Origin: an uncultured Candidatus Actinomarina sp.
GTDB lineage: Bacteria; Actinomycetota; Acidimicrobiia; Actinomarinales; Actinomarinaceae
Direction of reading: 5' to 3'
NCBI GenBank assembly: GCA_902613615.1
Contig: CACMHQ010000005.1
Location: forward strand, 14,521-78,520
DNA length: 64,000 nt
Shown here in pieces: positions 46,938 to 56,482 of this stretch. The notes below the pieces were generated by a model. It had not been told where the DNA came from. It ran no database searches and worked only from the letters and a program-made list of their open reading frames with translations. The position numbers and the translations under genes were made by a program. Each line of letters begins with the position of its first letter. Within the stretch, counting starts at the first letter, position 1.

Positions 46938-47000
46938 AAAAATATTATAAGATTGAATTCATTTTTAAATTGAAAATTATCTGTTTAAAATTACATTTGT

Positions 47001-48176
47001 ATGGGAGCAATTGATATCAAATCTGCTGGGAAAATATACCCAAATGGTACAAGAGCACTGGAAGATGTAAATATAACTATAAATGATGGAGAGTTTGTAG
47101 TTCTGGTCGGGCCATCAGGTTGTGGTAAAACTACTCTACTGAGAATGGTTGCAGGCCTTGAAGACATTACTGAAGGTGAAATTTCAATTGGTGATAAGAC
47201 TGTCAACGATGTTGCACCAAAAGATCGTGACATAGCAATGGTTTTTCAAAATTATGCACTTTATCCACACATGTCAGTTTTTGACAATATGGCTTTCTCT
47301 TTAAAACTCAGAAAATTACCAAAAGATGAAATAGAACAAAAAGTTAAGGAGGCTGCAAAGACGCTTGAGATAAGTGAATTGTTAGACAGAAAACCAAAAG
47401 CTCTATCAGGAGGACAAAGACAAAGGGTCGCTATGGGAAGAGCTATTGTGAGAAATCCTCAAGCTTTCCTGATGGATGAACCACTTTCAAACTTAGATGC
47501 TAAATTGAGAGTTCAAATGAGAGCTGAGCTAGGGCAACTACATACACAATTACAAACAACAACTTTATACGTTACTCATGACCAGGTTGAAGCAATGACT
47601 ATGGGGGACAGAGTTGCAGTCATAAGAAAAGGTGAGTTACAACAAATTGATACCCCAAGGGAGATTTATCTTAAACCAAAAAATATTTTTGTTGCAGGTT
47701 TTATTGGTAGTCCGTCAATGAACTTTGTGTATGCAAATGTAGGTGTAAATAAGAGCATTATTCAATTAAATTTTGGTAATGATCAAATTGAATACAAAGG
47801 TGAAAAATTAGGGGAATTAAGGTCCTTTGAAAATAAAGAAATCGTAATGGGAATTAGGCCAGAGGCCTTTGAAGATGGGAACTATGCAAATGCAAGCGAG
47901 TTCTCAGAAAGTATAAAGGTATCTGTATCACTTTTAGAACAGCTTGGTTCTGATTCATATATTCATTTTTATAAAGATATTAAACCTGTCCAAACTGAAG
48001 CTATTGAGGAAATTTTAGCTGATGAAGGTGAGGACATAACTGTATTAGGAGATAATACGAAATTCATTGCAAGAATAAACCCAAACTCAACCGTTGTTGA
48101 AGGCAAGGAAATTGAACTTAAAATTGACCCTTCAAAACTTCATTTCTTTGATCCTGAAACTGGGGATGCTATATAA
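47001..48176 (+). CDS. sugar ABC transporter ATP-binding protein (MalK/UgpC/MsiK type)
   Basis: 'GPSGCGKTT', 'LSGGQRQR' and 'LMDEPLSNLD', plus a C-terminal MalK-like regulatory domain. Confidence 0.9.
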   Translation: MGAIDIKSAGKIYPNGTRALEDVNITINDGEFVVLVGPSGCGKTTLLRMVAGLEDITEGEISIGDKTVNDVAPKDRDIAMVFQNYALYPHMSVFDNMAFSLKLRKLPKDEIEQKVKEAAKTLEISELLDRKPKALSGGQRQRVAMGRAIVRNPQAFLMDEPLSNLDAKLRVQMRAELGQLHTQLQTTTLYVTHDQVEAMTMGDRVAVIRKGELQQIDTPREIYLKPKNIFVAGFIGSPSMNFVYANVGVNKSIIQLNFGNDQIEYKGEKLGELRSFENKEIVMGIRPEAFEDGNYANASEFSESIKVSVSLLEQLGSDSYIHFYKDIKPVQTEAIEEILADEGEDITVLGDNTKFIARINPNSTVVEGKEIELKIDPSKLHFFDPETGDAI

Positions 48177-48180
48177 ATTA

Positions 48181-49449
48181 TTAATACTTGCTGTCTAATT
48201 CCTCGGTTACTTCATTAATGAATTCACTTCCCAAGGAAATATATTTTTTTAACGCATACAACAGATGATCAGCTCCAATTCTTCTTTCCATAAGCTCAGA
48301 TGCATCATATCTGAATAAATCATCATTTAAAGCATTTCTTACTAACAATGTTTCTTTTAAAAGCATTTTATTTTCTATTTGTTCAATATTTGAATTTTTA
48401 TTTCCAGAAATAAAGGCTGAATCCCGTTTTGATATCCAGCTTTGCCCGAAATTATCGTCTACAAGAGACCTAAATACCTCTATGGATTTATTTGATTCAT
48501 TTAAGATAACTAAAGAATCTCCAATCCCTACCATTGCATTTTTATTAGCTTTTGATGGAAATTTAAAAAAGTCATAATCATATTCGTAGCTTTTATTGGA
48601 TGGAAAATACATACTTGCAAAATGACCTGACCAGCTGAATACACATGAATTATCTTCATCAAGTAAATTTCGATAGTTGTTTCTGAACTCTTTACTTATA
48701 ATTCTTTGGTTTCCTCCATAAACTGCGTTTTCATCAAAGATTAATTTTCCAATATTTAAGATTGATAGTGTTATTTCATTATTTTGAGAAGTAATAATTT
48801 GTTTGAACCAGTCATCATAAATATCTGGTCCATATTCATGCAAAATTAAATCTTCTAACCAATTAGTTGCTATCCAACCTGTTGAGGCACCGCTTTCAAT
48901 ATCCATACACCATAATGGATTGTCAAAAGATGAATACTGTTTGGTAAAAGAAATAATATCTTCAAAACTTTCAAAATTTGGAGATCCTAGTCTTTCATAT
49001 TTACCAACGTCATACCAAATTAATGAATTTGGAATCAATCTAAATAAAACACCGTAGTTTATTTTATCTTTTTGAGAAGTCGTAATTTCTTGAAGATGTT
49101 TTGAGTAATTTTGATTAAGCACCTCATCACTAAGCACAGTAGAAACTGAGTAAAGATAACCTCTTTCTCCGAGGTTTACAACACCTTGTGGATTTGGAAT
49201 TATTGCTAGATCAAATTCTTCGGTGTTGGTACCTCTAATTATCTCAGACTCAATATCTGAAAAAGGTACATATCTAATTTTTACATTTAAATCTTTAGAA
49301 ATTAAATCTAATTCTTCTTCAAAGTATTCGATTTGTGAAAAATAAGGACCAGCAATAGAAATTTCTTCGGGGCTATATGCAAAATATGAAAAAATTATTG
49401 TTACAAGAATAAATATTGGAATAAACAACTTTCTGTTTTTTAATTCCAT
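48181..49449 (-). CDS. membrane-anchored family-1 solute-binding protein, paralog of the 53153-54463 binding protein
   Basis: N-terminal TM anchor with no lipobox. Blocks shared with the other SBP include 'NSLIWYDVGKYERLG' ~ 'KSIVWYQPAEFEKRG' and 'GASTGWIATNWLEDLIL' ~ 'GATGWLATDWMEDIML'. Confidence 0.65.
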   Translation of the reverse strand: MELKNRKLFIPIFILVTIIFSYFAYSPEEISIAGPYFSQIEYFEEELDLISKDLNVKIRYVPFSDIESEIIRGTNTEEFDLAIIPNPQGVVNLGERGYLYSVSTVLSDEVLNQNYSKHLQEITTSQKDKINYGVLFRLIPNSLIWYDVGKYERLGSPNFESFEDIISFTKQYSSFDNPLWCMDIESGASTGWIATNWLEDLILHEYGPDIYDDWFKQIITSQNNEITLSILNIGKLIFDENAVYGGNQRIISKEFRNNYRNLLDEDNSCVFSWSGHFASMYFPSNKSYEYDYDFFKFPSKANKNAMVGIGDSLVILNESNKSIEVFRSLVDDNFGQSWISKRDSAFISGNKNSNIEQIENKMLLKETLLVRNALNDDLFRYDASELMERRIGADHLLYALKKYISLGSEFINEVTEELDSKY

Positions 49450-50333
49450 AAATGTGCGGCTCCTCTTACACCACTCGAAGATCCATGAGTTGCTTTAACA
49501 ATTGGAGTAAGAAAAAAATTTGATGCAATATATGAAATTATTCTTTTGGGAACTTCACTATAAATGTCATCAATTTCTGACATACCACCTCCGCAAACGA
49601 TAATGTCAGGATCAAGTATGTTAACGAACGTACTAAACGATCTTGCAATACGCTCAAAATAAATGTCCATCACCTCAGTTGCAATAGGATCATTTTCTTT
49701 GTAAAGTGAAACAATTTCTCTTGAAGTTTTTTTAGATTCTGACATGAATTCAAAATGATTTTCTAATCCAGGTCCAGATAAAAAGACTTCAATTGCTCCT
49801 ATTCTTCCACAATGTCTTTTAATACTTTTTTCATAGTCATCCATTGGTCCAGGAATAGGATTTTGTCCCCATTCGCCAGTTAATTTATTTGGCCCAACAA
49901 TTATTTGTTTATTAACTGAATATCCTGCCCCAACACCAGTTCCTAATATTACGGCAAAGACACTGTTGTGCTCTGATCCAGCGCCATCAATTGCCTCTGA
50001 TAATGCCAAACAATCAGCATCATTTGCAATTTTTATATCATATCCAAGTTGATTTTCTATATCCATTTTTACGGGTTTGTTTTCAAGTGCTTTCGTATTT
50101 GAGACCTGGACCAAATTTGTCTCAGGGTGAATTGAACCTGGCATTCCTATGCCAACTGTAAAACTTTGTATTCCTTTTGTAATTTCATTTATTAACCAAA
50201 CAACTTTATCAATGATTTCTTCATAATTGTCTTTGGGTGAATCAACCCTTAATCTATTTGTTTCACTTCCACTATTTGGATCAATAGCAATAGCCTCGAT
50301 TTTAGTTCCGCCCCAATCAACACCAATTTTCAT
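49440..50333 (-). CDS. ROK-family sugar kinase (glucokinase / N-acetylglucosamine kinase-like)
   Basis: 'IGVDWGGTKIE' ATP-binding N-terminus, 'ANDADCLALSE' and 'ILGTGVGAG'. The canonical ROK zinc Cys motif appears degenerate ('HCGRIGAIE'). Confidence 0.8.
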   Translation of the reverse strand: MKIGVDWGGTKIEAIAIDPNSGSETNRLRVDSPKDNYEEIIDKVVWLINEITKGIQSFTVGIGMPGSIHPETNLVQVSNTKALENKPVKMDIENQLGYDIKIANDADCLALSEAIDGAGSEHNSVFAVILGTGVGAGYSVNKQIIVGPNKLTGEWGQNPIPGPMDDYEKSIKRHCGRIGAIEVFLSGPGLENHFEFMSESKKTSREIVSLYKENDPIATEVMDIYFERIARSFSTFVNILDPDIIVCGGGMSEIDDIYSEVPKRIISYIASNFFLTPIVKATHGSSSGVRGAAHLWN

Positions 50334-50334
50334 A

Positions 50335-50916
50335 TCATTTACTCAATTCAAAATATAGGCTATATTTCTCTATGTTAGTACTCCCATTTTTATCAATAAT
50401 ATTGTTTTTTTCTAAAACCCAGTAGTAAGGTGCATCAGGATATTCCTCGGCATAGTCAGTAGCTACGCCAATAAAAATTTGATCACCATTGTCCAAATTA
50501 ATAACTAGATTTCGAAGATAATAAAAATAATTTTTACATTCATCTTGACTAGCTTGATCATAAATACCCGTTATTTTATTTTTAAAATCATCCACTTTTA
50601 ATAGTTGAATTGAGAACTCTCCTGATCCAAATTCCTCCCAAAGTGGGCCGATGCATATATTCGAATCAGAAACATAATCCTCTCTAAATTTCATATCAAA
50701 TACCATTTCGTAACTTTTTATTTTGTTTGAATATTTTGGAAAGCTTTGTATATCTATCGTTATCGAGTTATTAAAAAGAGATTCTCTTACATTAAAAATT
50801 AATATGCTTTCAATGTTTTTATTTTCCACTGAGGAAGATATTTCATATTTATATGTATCTATTGAAGAACAGGAAATAACGACAAAAGATATTAAAACGT
50901 AAAGAATTGATTTCAA
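50335..50916 (-). CDS. hypothetical lipoprotein (193 aa)
   Basis: Lipobox-like 'VVISCSS'. 4-nt overlap with the upstream permease gene. No recognised family. Confidence 0.5.
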   Translation of the reverse strand: MKSILYVLISFVVISCSSIDTYKYEISSSVENKNIESILIFNVRESLFNNSITIDIQSFPKYSNKIKSYEMVFDMKFREDYVSDSNICIGPLWEEFGSGEFSIQLLKVDDFKNKITGIYDQASQDECKNYFYYLRNLVINLDNGDQIFIGVATDYAEEYPDAPYYWVLEKNNIIDKNGSTNIEKYSLYFELSK

Positions 50917-51812
50917 CCCTTTACTGCCCCTCCAATTAATCCTCTTATAAAAAATCTTTGTAAACTAAAAAATACAATTAATGGAACAATCATTGAGATA
51001 ACCGCCCCAGATGTTCTCAAGTGCCATGCTTCTCCATAATTTCCAACAGTAAGTTGAGCTACATGAGAGGTCACAACCATGTTCCGTGGATTTATTCCTA
51101 AAAATACATTTGCAACTAAAAAGTCATTGTATACCCACAAAAACTGAAATGTTGCAAATGCAGCAATTCCTGCAACTGAAAGTGGTAGTGCTAATCGAAA
51201 AAATGTTGTTAAATGAGAGGCTCCGTCAATTTTGGCTGATTCTATAACACTTCTAGGTAAACTCATCATGAAATCTCGTAATAAAAATGTTGCAAGAGGT
51301 AAACCAAAACCCGTGTGAGCAAACCATACTGCTACAAATGTACCATTTATATTTAACTCAGGAACCAAGGGTATTCCAAATAAAATGGCCCCACTTTTCA
51401 TTAGTTTTAGTAAAGGTATTAATGACATTTGTAAAGGAACTATCATCATTGCCACAACAAAAAGAAAAGCAATATCTTTTCCGCGAAAATCAATAAATGC
51501 AAAAGCATATGCGGCAAATGCAGCAATTGTAATTGGAATTATTGTTGACGGAATAGTTACTGCAAAAGAATTAAAGAATGATCTACTTAAATTTTCTGCA
51601 AATAAAATTTCTGTATAATTTGCGAATGTAAGCTCCTCTAAAATTGTTCCACTTGAAATAGAGTTCCACCAGGCGTATCTTTTAACTGCTTGCTCGTTTC
51701 TAAATGAACTTAAAACAAAACCAACATATGGGATCATCCAAGTTAAAGATATAGTAATAAGAATTATTTTTGTGACTGGTTTGTCGTACCATTTTTGATT
51801 ATCTAAGTTCAT
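50913..51812 (-). CDS. carbohydrate ABC transporter permease
   Basis: Six TM helices with EAA loop 'ESAKIDGASHLTTFFRLALP'. Confidence 0.9.
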   Translation of the reverse strand: MNLDNQKWYDKPVTKIILITISLTWMIPYVGFVLSSFRNEQAVKRYAWWNSISSGTILEELTFANYTEILFAENLSRSFFNSFAVTIPSTIIPITIAAFAAYAFAFIDFRGKDIAFLFVVAMMIVPLQMSLIPLLKLMKSGAILFGIPLVPELNINGTFVAVWFAHTGFGLPLATFLLRDFMMSLPRSVIESAKIDGASHLTTFFRLALPLSVAGIAAFATFQFLWVYNDFLVANVFLGINPRNMVVTSHVAQLTVGNYGEAWHLRTSGAVISMIVPLIVFFSLQRFFIRGLIGGAVKG

Positions 51813-53050
51813 ACAGTATTTTCCGCCTTGTTTCTAAATACATTTAATAAAATTACAGGTATCACACAAATAAATATAATTACTGCAACTGATGCAGATC
51901 TTCCTTGATTTAAAAATTTAAAATATTCATCTAACATTTTTACAGCTAATAAGTTAGATTCAAAGTCTCCTCTGGTAGTAACAAATACAATGTCGAAAGC
52001 TTTTAATACAGATATTGTAAGGTATGTAGCAACAACAATTATCGTTGAACGGATATAGGGCATAATTACTGATAGAAAAATTCTTCCTTCTGTTGCGCCA
52101 TCAATTCTTCCTGCTTCAACAATTTCTTCAGGTATTGCTTTTATAGCTGCTGAAAAGACTACCATTGCAAACCCTGTAAACATCCACACCATAATAAACA
52201 TTAATAAAATTGTGTTGAGTGGAAGGTTTGAAAGTAAATTTAAAAACGTACTCCCTGGGTCAAGATTTTCAAATAATGGGAAATTTTGTAAGTCTCTTTG
52301 TTGAAGCCATCCAATAGGAACTTCACACCCTTCAGACGTATACCCAATCTTTTCACCACTATCAGTAAAAGTATTATTTCCACATTTTGAACCATCATCA
52401 GCAAAACCCCTACTGACCCTTAATCCATTAATTAATCCAATCTGTGTAAGTGGTGGTGGTCTATACTCATAAATAAATTTATACATTGCACTCGATCCGA
52501 CTGCAGATATTGCCATAGGCATGAAGATTATAGATTTAAAAAAAGATTCTCCTCTTCTTAATCTGTCAGATAAATATGCAACCACAAGTCCAAATAGAAT
52601 TACTAAAAAAACTACTCCAATTAACCAAAAAACTTGATTTCTAATTGTTATTAACATTGCAGGATCAGTTATCGACCATCTATAATTTTCTAGGCCGATA
52701 AAATTCTCACCTCTATTGTCAAAAAAACTTAAATAAATTGTTCTTATAGCTGGATATAAAAGAAATAAACTTAACAAAAAAATTGCCGGGCCAACAAACA
52801 TTGCTCCAAATAAAGCTTCTTGATACTGCTTTGGTGCATAACTTATTAGTTTGTTCATACCTAAATACAATATGAATATAAATGATGAACCAACAAGAAT
52901 AGCTAATGTGATTAGTAACCATCTATCAGCAGTTTTACTTAATTCTCTAAAAAGTATTGCTTGTGTTAAAAACCATATTAAGGGAAACAAAGCAAAGGCA
53001 ATTATTCTTATGCCTGTTGAAAATAGTCGATTTTTTAAGTTATTTTCCAT
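51809..53050 (-). CDS. carbohydrate ABC transporter permease with an enlarged extracytoplasmic loop
   Basis: EAA loop 'EAGRIDGATEGRIFLSVIMP'. An inserted Cys-containing loop of about 100 aa is present ('GFADDGSKCGNNTFTDSGEKIGYTSEGCEVPIGW'). Confidence 0.85.
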   Translation of the reverse strand: MENNLKNRLFSTGIRIIAFALFPLIWFLTQAILFRELSKTADRWLLITLAILVGSSFIFILYLGMNKLISYAPKQYQEALFGAMFVGPAIFLLSLFLLYPAIRTIYLSFFDNRGENFIGLENYRWSITDPAMLITIRNQVFWLIGVVFLVILFGLVVAYLSDRLRRGESFFKSIIFMPMAISAVGSSAMYKFIYEYRPPPLTQIGLINGLRVSRGFADDGSKCGNNTFTDSGEKIGYTSEGCEVPIGWLQQRDLQNFPLFENLDPGSTFLNLLSNLPLNTILLMFIMVWMFTGFAMVVFSAAIKAIPEEIVEAGRIDGATEGRIFLSVIMPYIRSTIIVVATYLTISVLKAFDIVFVTTRGDFESNLLAVKMLDEYFKFLNQGRSASVAVIIFICVIPVILLNVFRNKAENTV

Positions 53051-53095
53051 GAATTTTTAGAATACCAGATTTTCCCTCTTCAGACATTTTCGATT

Positions 53096-53133
53096 TCTAA
53101 TAAAATATAGCCACTCCGAAGAGTGGCTATATT
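53096..53133 (-). terminator. stem-loop (attenuating terminator candidate) between the binding-protein gene and the first permease gene
   Basis: 12-13 bp perfect stem 'ATATAGCCACTC'/'GAGTGGCTATAT' with loop CGAA. The downstream T-tract on the minus strand is weak ('TTTATTAG'). Confidence 0.5.
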
Positions 53134-53152
53134 CAAATTTTTCAAGCCTTGT

Positions 53153-54463
53153 TTACGGCCATGAATTTTCGATGTTATCTAATGCGGTATCAATGTAGCT
53201 TGGACCATTTGTGGCCAATTCTGTCATTTCTACCCAGAAAGTTCCTGCACCAACAGCTGGTGGCATATTGTCAGATCCATCAAATCTGAATGAGTTTGCA
53301 GCTAATGCGTCACTCAAAACAGCAGCTTGTGCTTGAACAACAGGGCTCCAATACAATGAAGTATCAAATCCTGTATGTGCACTAATTCTTGTTGAACCTG
53401 CATCATTAACATTTGTAGCAATTGCTGTAAAGTAATCAGGTGAAAGCATGTATTCAACTACAGCTTTTGTAGCATCTCTATCATTAAAGACACCCCACAT
53501 ATCTCCAGCACCAAGTGCTGCAGGTGGTAATCCTGATTCTATTGCTGGGAATGGGAATGATGTGGTTTCAGTTCCTAATCCTTCTTTTGCTTCTTCAGGC
53601 CAGAATCCTGGAATGAAAGATGCTTGTCTATGCATGAAACAACCTGGGTTGCCATTAGCGTCTCTTTCAAACATTGGATCTTGTGCGTTTCCAAAGAAGG
53701 TAGATACAATTGCATCTGTTCCTCCAACTACATATCCATCAGTATGCATAATTTGGCTAAGCAAAGTTGCTGCATTTTTTACGATTGGATCGTTGAATGG
53801 AATTTCGTGATTTACCCACTGATCATATGAAGCTGTACCTTGACCTGTTCGAAGCATAATATCTTCCATCCAGTCAGTAGCAAGCCAACCAGTTGCACCG
53901 TTAGAGTACATTCCAAAACAGAATGGTGTCATACCATCTGCAAGGATTTGGTCAGCGAGAGCAATCATTTCATCCCATGTAGCTGGAATAGCGTAACCTC
54001 TCTTTTCGAATTCAGCAGGTTGGTACCAAACGATACTCTTAAGGTTTACAGCATGAGCACCACCATATGCGACGCCATCAACTTCACCTAAACCTACTAA
54101 ATATGATGAGAAATTGTTCCTGTATTCATCCATGTCCACATCTAGATCCGCAATTGGAATCAAGAATCCTCTTTCAGCTGCATCTCTAACAGCTCCAGGT
54201 TGTGGCCATAATGCGATGTCAGGTGGGTTACCAGCTTCCATTTGAGCCTGAACTTCAGATTCAAAGTTTTCTGAACCAACGTATGTAACAATTATTCCGG
54301 TTTCTTCTTCGAATGCATCAAAAGATGCTTGAATTGCTTTTCCGTCAGGTCCGTCTGTAGCTGGAGCACCAAACATAAGAACTTCTTCACCCTCAAGGCC
54401 ACCACCACAAGCCATTGCGACCATTGAAAGGATTAGAAGCAGTCCAAAAATAGACTTTCTCAT
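53153..54463 (-). CDS. carbohydrate ABC transporter substrate-binding lipoprotein
   Basis: Lipobox 'MVAMACGG' and the family-1 SBP pattern. Visibly higher G+C and Ala/Gly content than its neighbours. RBS 'aggag'. Confidence 0.9.
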   Translation of the reverse strand: MRKSIFGLLLILSMVAMACGGGLEGEEVLMFGAPATDGPDGKAIQASFDAFEEETGIIVTYVGSENFESEVQAQMEAGNPPDIALWPQPGAVRDAAERGFLIPIADLDVDMDEYRNNFSSYLVGLGEVDGVAYGGAHAVNLKSIVWYQPAEFEKRGYAIPATWDEMIALADQILADGMTPFCFGMYSNGATGWLATDWMEDIMLRTGQGTASYDQWVNHEIPFNDPIVKNAATLLSQIMHTDGYVVGGTDAIVSTFFGNAQDPMFERDANGNPGCFMHRQASFIPGFWPEEAKEGLGTETTSFPFPAIESGLPPAALGAGDMWGVFNDRDATKAVVEYMLSPDYFTAIATNVNDAGSTRISAHTGFDTSLYWSPVVQAQAAVLSDALAANSFRFDGSDNMPPAVGAGTFWVEMTELATNGPSYIDTALDNIENSWP

Positions 54464-54480
54464 TATTAATCTCCTTATTT

Positions 54481-54492
54481 ATACGTACGTAT
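54481..54492. promoter_or_regulatory. perfect 12-bp palindrome ATACGTACGTAT in the 5' leader of the sugar-binding-protein gene
   Basis: The sequence is self-complementary. It lies 18-29 nt upstream of the start codon at 54463. Confidence 0.3.
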
Positions 54493-54615
54493 GCTAAAAA
54501 TAGGATAACTTTTAGCTATTACTCAGGTTATTAAAATTGGCCAATATTTCTAGGAATTAAGAAAATCTTTTTCTATTTGAGTTGATTTTTTTATTCATAT
54601 TATGTATGAAAAAAG

Positions 54616-54699
54616 TGCCCGAGGGGGGACTCGAACCCCCACATCCTTTCGAATAACGGATTTTAAGTCCGTCGCGTCTACCAATTCCGCCACCCGGGC
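54616..54699 (-). tRNA. tRNA-Leu (anticodon UAA)
   Basis: Folds as a cloverleaf by hand: acceptor GCCCGGG/CTCGGGC (one G-U pair), 3-bp D stem, anticodon stem ACGGA/TCCGT with loop CTTAAAA, long variable arm, and T arm GGGGG-TTCGAGT-CCCCC. No CCA is encoded. Confidence 0.9.
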
Positions 54700-54706
54700 A
54701 GCCAAA

Positions 54707-55603
54707 CTAAAAATATTTTAGAATAAGCCCTTCTAAAATATCACTTTTTGAAACTTTTAGTTGGGTAATTTTATATTTTTTTAACAAGTTTTTTACTAGA
54801 AATAATCCAGCGGTAATAGTCACTGCTCTTTTTGGATCAAGACTTGGATATGTACTTATTATTTTTGGTACTGACAATGTTTTTAAATTTTCATAAATAT
54901 TTTCAACAGAGTCATAAGAAATTATTACTTTATCAATTTCATTTTCATCATAAATTTTTTGGTTTAAATATATTGAGCCAAGAGATGTAAAAGTTCCAGA
55001 GACGCCAATTAATTGTCTATGTGCGTAATCTTTATCATGAAAAATATCATTAAAAAAATTTATTGCAGTTTCCTCTTTGTCGATGTTGATAGGATTCTCA
55101 TTAAAGTAATTTTCACTCATCGATACGACTCCAATATCCTCAGATTGAATATCTAACTTATGATCAATATCTGTAATAAGTTCTGTACTTTGGCCTCCAA
55201 TATCTACTATCAAATAATTTTCTAAATTTTCAAAAGATGACTGTACTCCTAAACTTGTAAGTAATCCTTCCTCTTCTCCAGAAATCATCTTGATTTCTAA
55301 ATTAAACCTTTTTTTTACCTCATCTATAACTTCGTCCGAATTTTTAGAATTTCTAAATACAGCAGTCCCGATACAAAAAACTTCTTGTACTTTATATTCT
55401 TCAATTTTTCTCATATATTTTCTAAGTACTTTAAAAAATCTTTTTTTTGAATCGTTTGAAATCGCACCTGTTTTATCAATGTTGTCACTCAATCTCGTAA
55501 CCTGATGCTCTTTATGTAGATTTTCTAAATTTCCATTTTCAACTGTAGATATCAACAATCTTGTTGAATTTGAACCACAATCAATTGCACCAATTTCTAC
55601 CAT
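54707..55603 (-). CDS. ppx: Ppx/GppA family phosphatase (exopolyphosphatase)
   Basis: 'GAIDCGSNSTRLL' and 'DIGGQSTE' ASKHA-fold motifs. Synteny with eno-ftsB-DUF501. Confidence 0.85.
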   Translation of the reverse strand: MVEIGAIDCGSNSTRLLISTVENGNLENLHKEHQVTRLSDNIDKTGAISNDSKKRFFKVLRKYMRKIEEYKVQEVFCIGTAVFRNSKNSDEVIDEVKKRFNLEIKMISGEEEGLLTSLGVQSSFENLENYLIVDIGGQSTELITDIDHKLDIQSEDIGVVSMSENYFNENPINIDKEETAINFFNDIFHDKDYAHRQLIGVSGTFTSLGSIYLNQKIYDENEIDKVIISYDSVENIYENLKTLSVPKIISTYPSLDPKRAVTITAGLFLVKNLLKKYKITQLKVSKSDILEGLILKYF

Positions 55604-56142
55604 TCAGATCGCCAGTTATCATTCTTAGATCCATCAACCACGCAAGGTTCGTTACAATTACAACCTCCAACGTTCTCTAAAACAATTTGTCCAACAATAT
55701 TTTTTCCAGTTACTAATTCGTCTGCTAAATGAGAATGTAAACATTTTATGGAATTTACAGCACCGCCAACTCCTCCGATTGGAGAAACTGTATTAATTAC
55801 ACTTTTATACTTTCTATTTCTTTCTTTTTCATAACTTTTTTGTCTCTTTGACCACAGTTTTCTAAGCATCTTATTGCTATTAAGTTGGTTATCCAGCTCT
55901 TTGACCATTCCATGAGACTCCAAAGTGCTTACTTTTTTTATATACATTGGGCATGTAAGCCAAAACATTGTTGGAAATGGTGTCCCATCATCAAGGTTTT
56001 TTGGAACATCAACTACGACAGGAAGGTCAAAATGACACTTAACAGCTACTTTTATTTCGCTTCTTAAATTTCTATTAAGTTGTATTTCAACAATTTGCTT
56101 TTCACTAGTCACTATTTGTTCCGACAATAAACTCCACAACAT
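55597..56142 (-). CDS. DUF501 domain protein
   Basis: 'GTPFPTMFWLTCP' motif and conserved position between ftsB-like and ppx, as in Mycobacterium. Confidence 0.7.
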   Translation of the reverse strand: MLWSLLSEQIVTSEKQIVEIQLNRNLRSEIKVAVKCHFDLPVVVDVPKNLDDGTPFPTMFWLTCPMYIKKVSTLESHGMVKELDNQLNSNKMLRKLWSKRQKSYEKERNRKYKSVINTVSPIGGVGGAVNSIKCLHSHLADELVTGKNIVGQIVLENVGGCNCNEPCVVDGSKNDNWRSEW

Positions 56143-56482
56143 ATTCTAAAAGGCCTTTACTTCTTTCGCTTTGAAGAGTTTCTTCCAAAGGTGTGACAGG
56201 TTCTGGGACTTTAAATCTATATATATTTTCTCCCGGCAGGCCATATCCATGTTGTCTCAAAATAATATCGAGCTTGTCAGGATCTTCGAGATCATCAATT
56301 TTTTGTTGAATAAAGTTAATTTCATTTCTTAAATCATTTGCATGTTCTTGACGTGTTTCAAGCTGTGATTGTAATGATTGATAATCTTTGAAACTTAATT
56401 CCCAAGTGTCAAAAATAAAGAATACAAAAATAAAAGAAGTAATTAAAAACATTATTTTTGAAAATAAATTCTGTTTGATCAT
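56105..56482 (-). CDS. septum formation initiator (FtsB/DivIC-like)
   Basis: Single N-terminal TM helix followed by a coiled-coil segment. Position is immediately downstream of eno. Confidence 0.65.
   Translation of the reverse strand: MIKQNLFSKIMFLITSFIFVFFIFDTWELSFKDYQSLQSQLETRQEHANDLRNEINFIQQKIDDLEDPDKLDIILRQHGYGLPGENIYRFKVPEPVTPLEETLQSERSKGLLEYVVEFIVGTNSD

Noticed and set aside
46991-47233. An 80-aa minus-strand ORF overlapping the start of the MsiK-type ATPase gene
   Set aside because: It lies antisense to the Walker A region of a well-supported ABC ATPase. It has no motifs of its own and sits in the photolyase/msiK divergent promoter region.
53153-54463. The higher-GC binding-protein gene, considered as a horizontally acquired island
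   Set aside because: It is a single gene embedded in a functionally matched operon, with no flanking repeats or mobility genes. Other probably highly expressed genes (the BMP binding protein, L25 and the rhodopsin) show the same tendency. An expression or amino-acid-composition explanation is therefore more economical.
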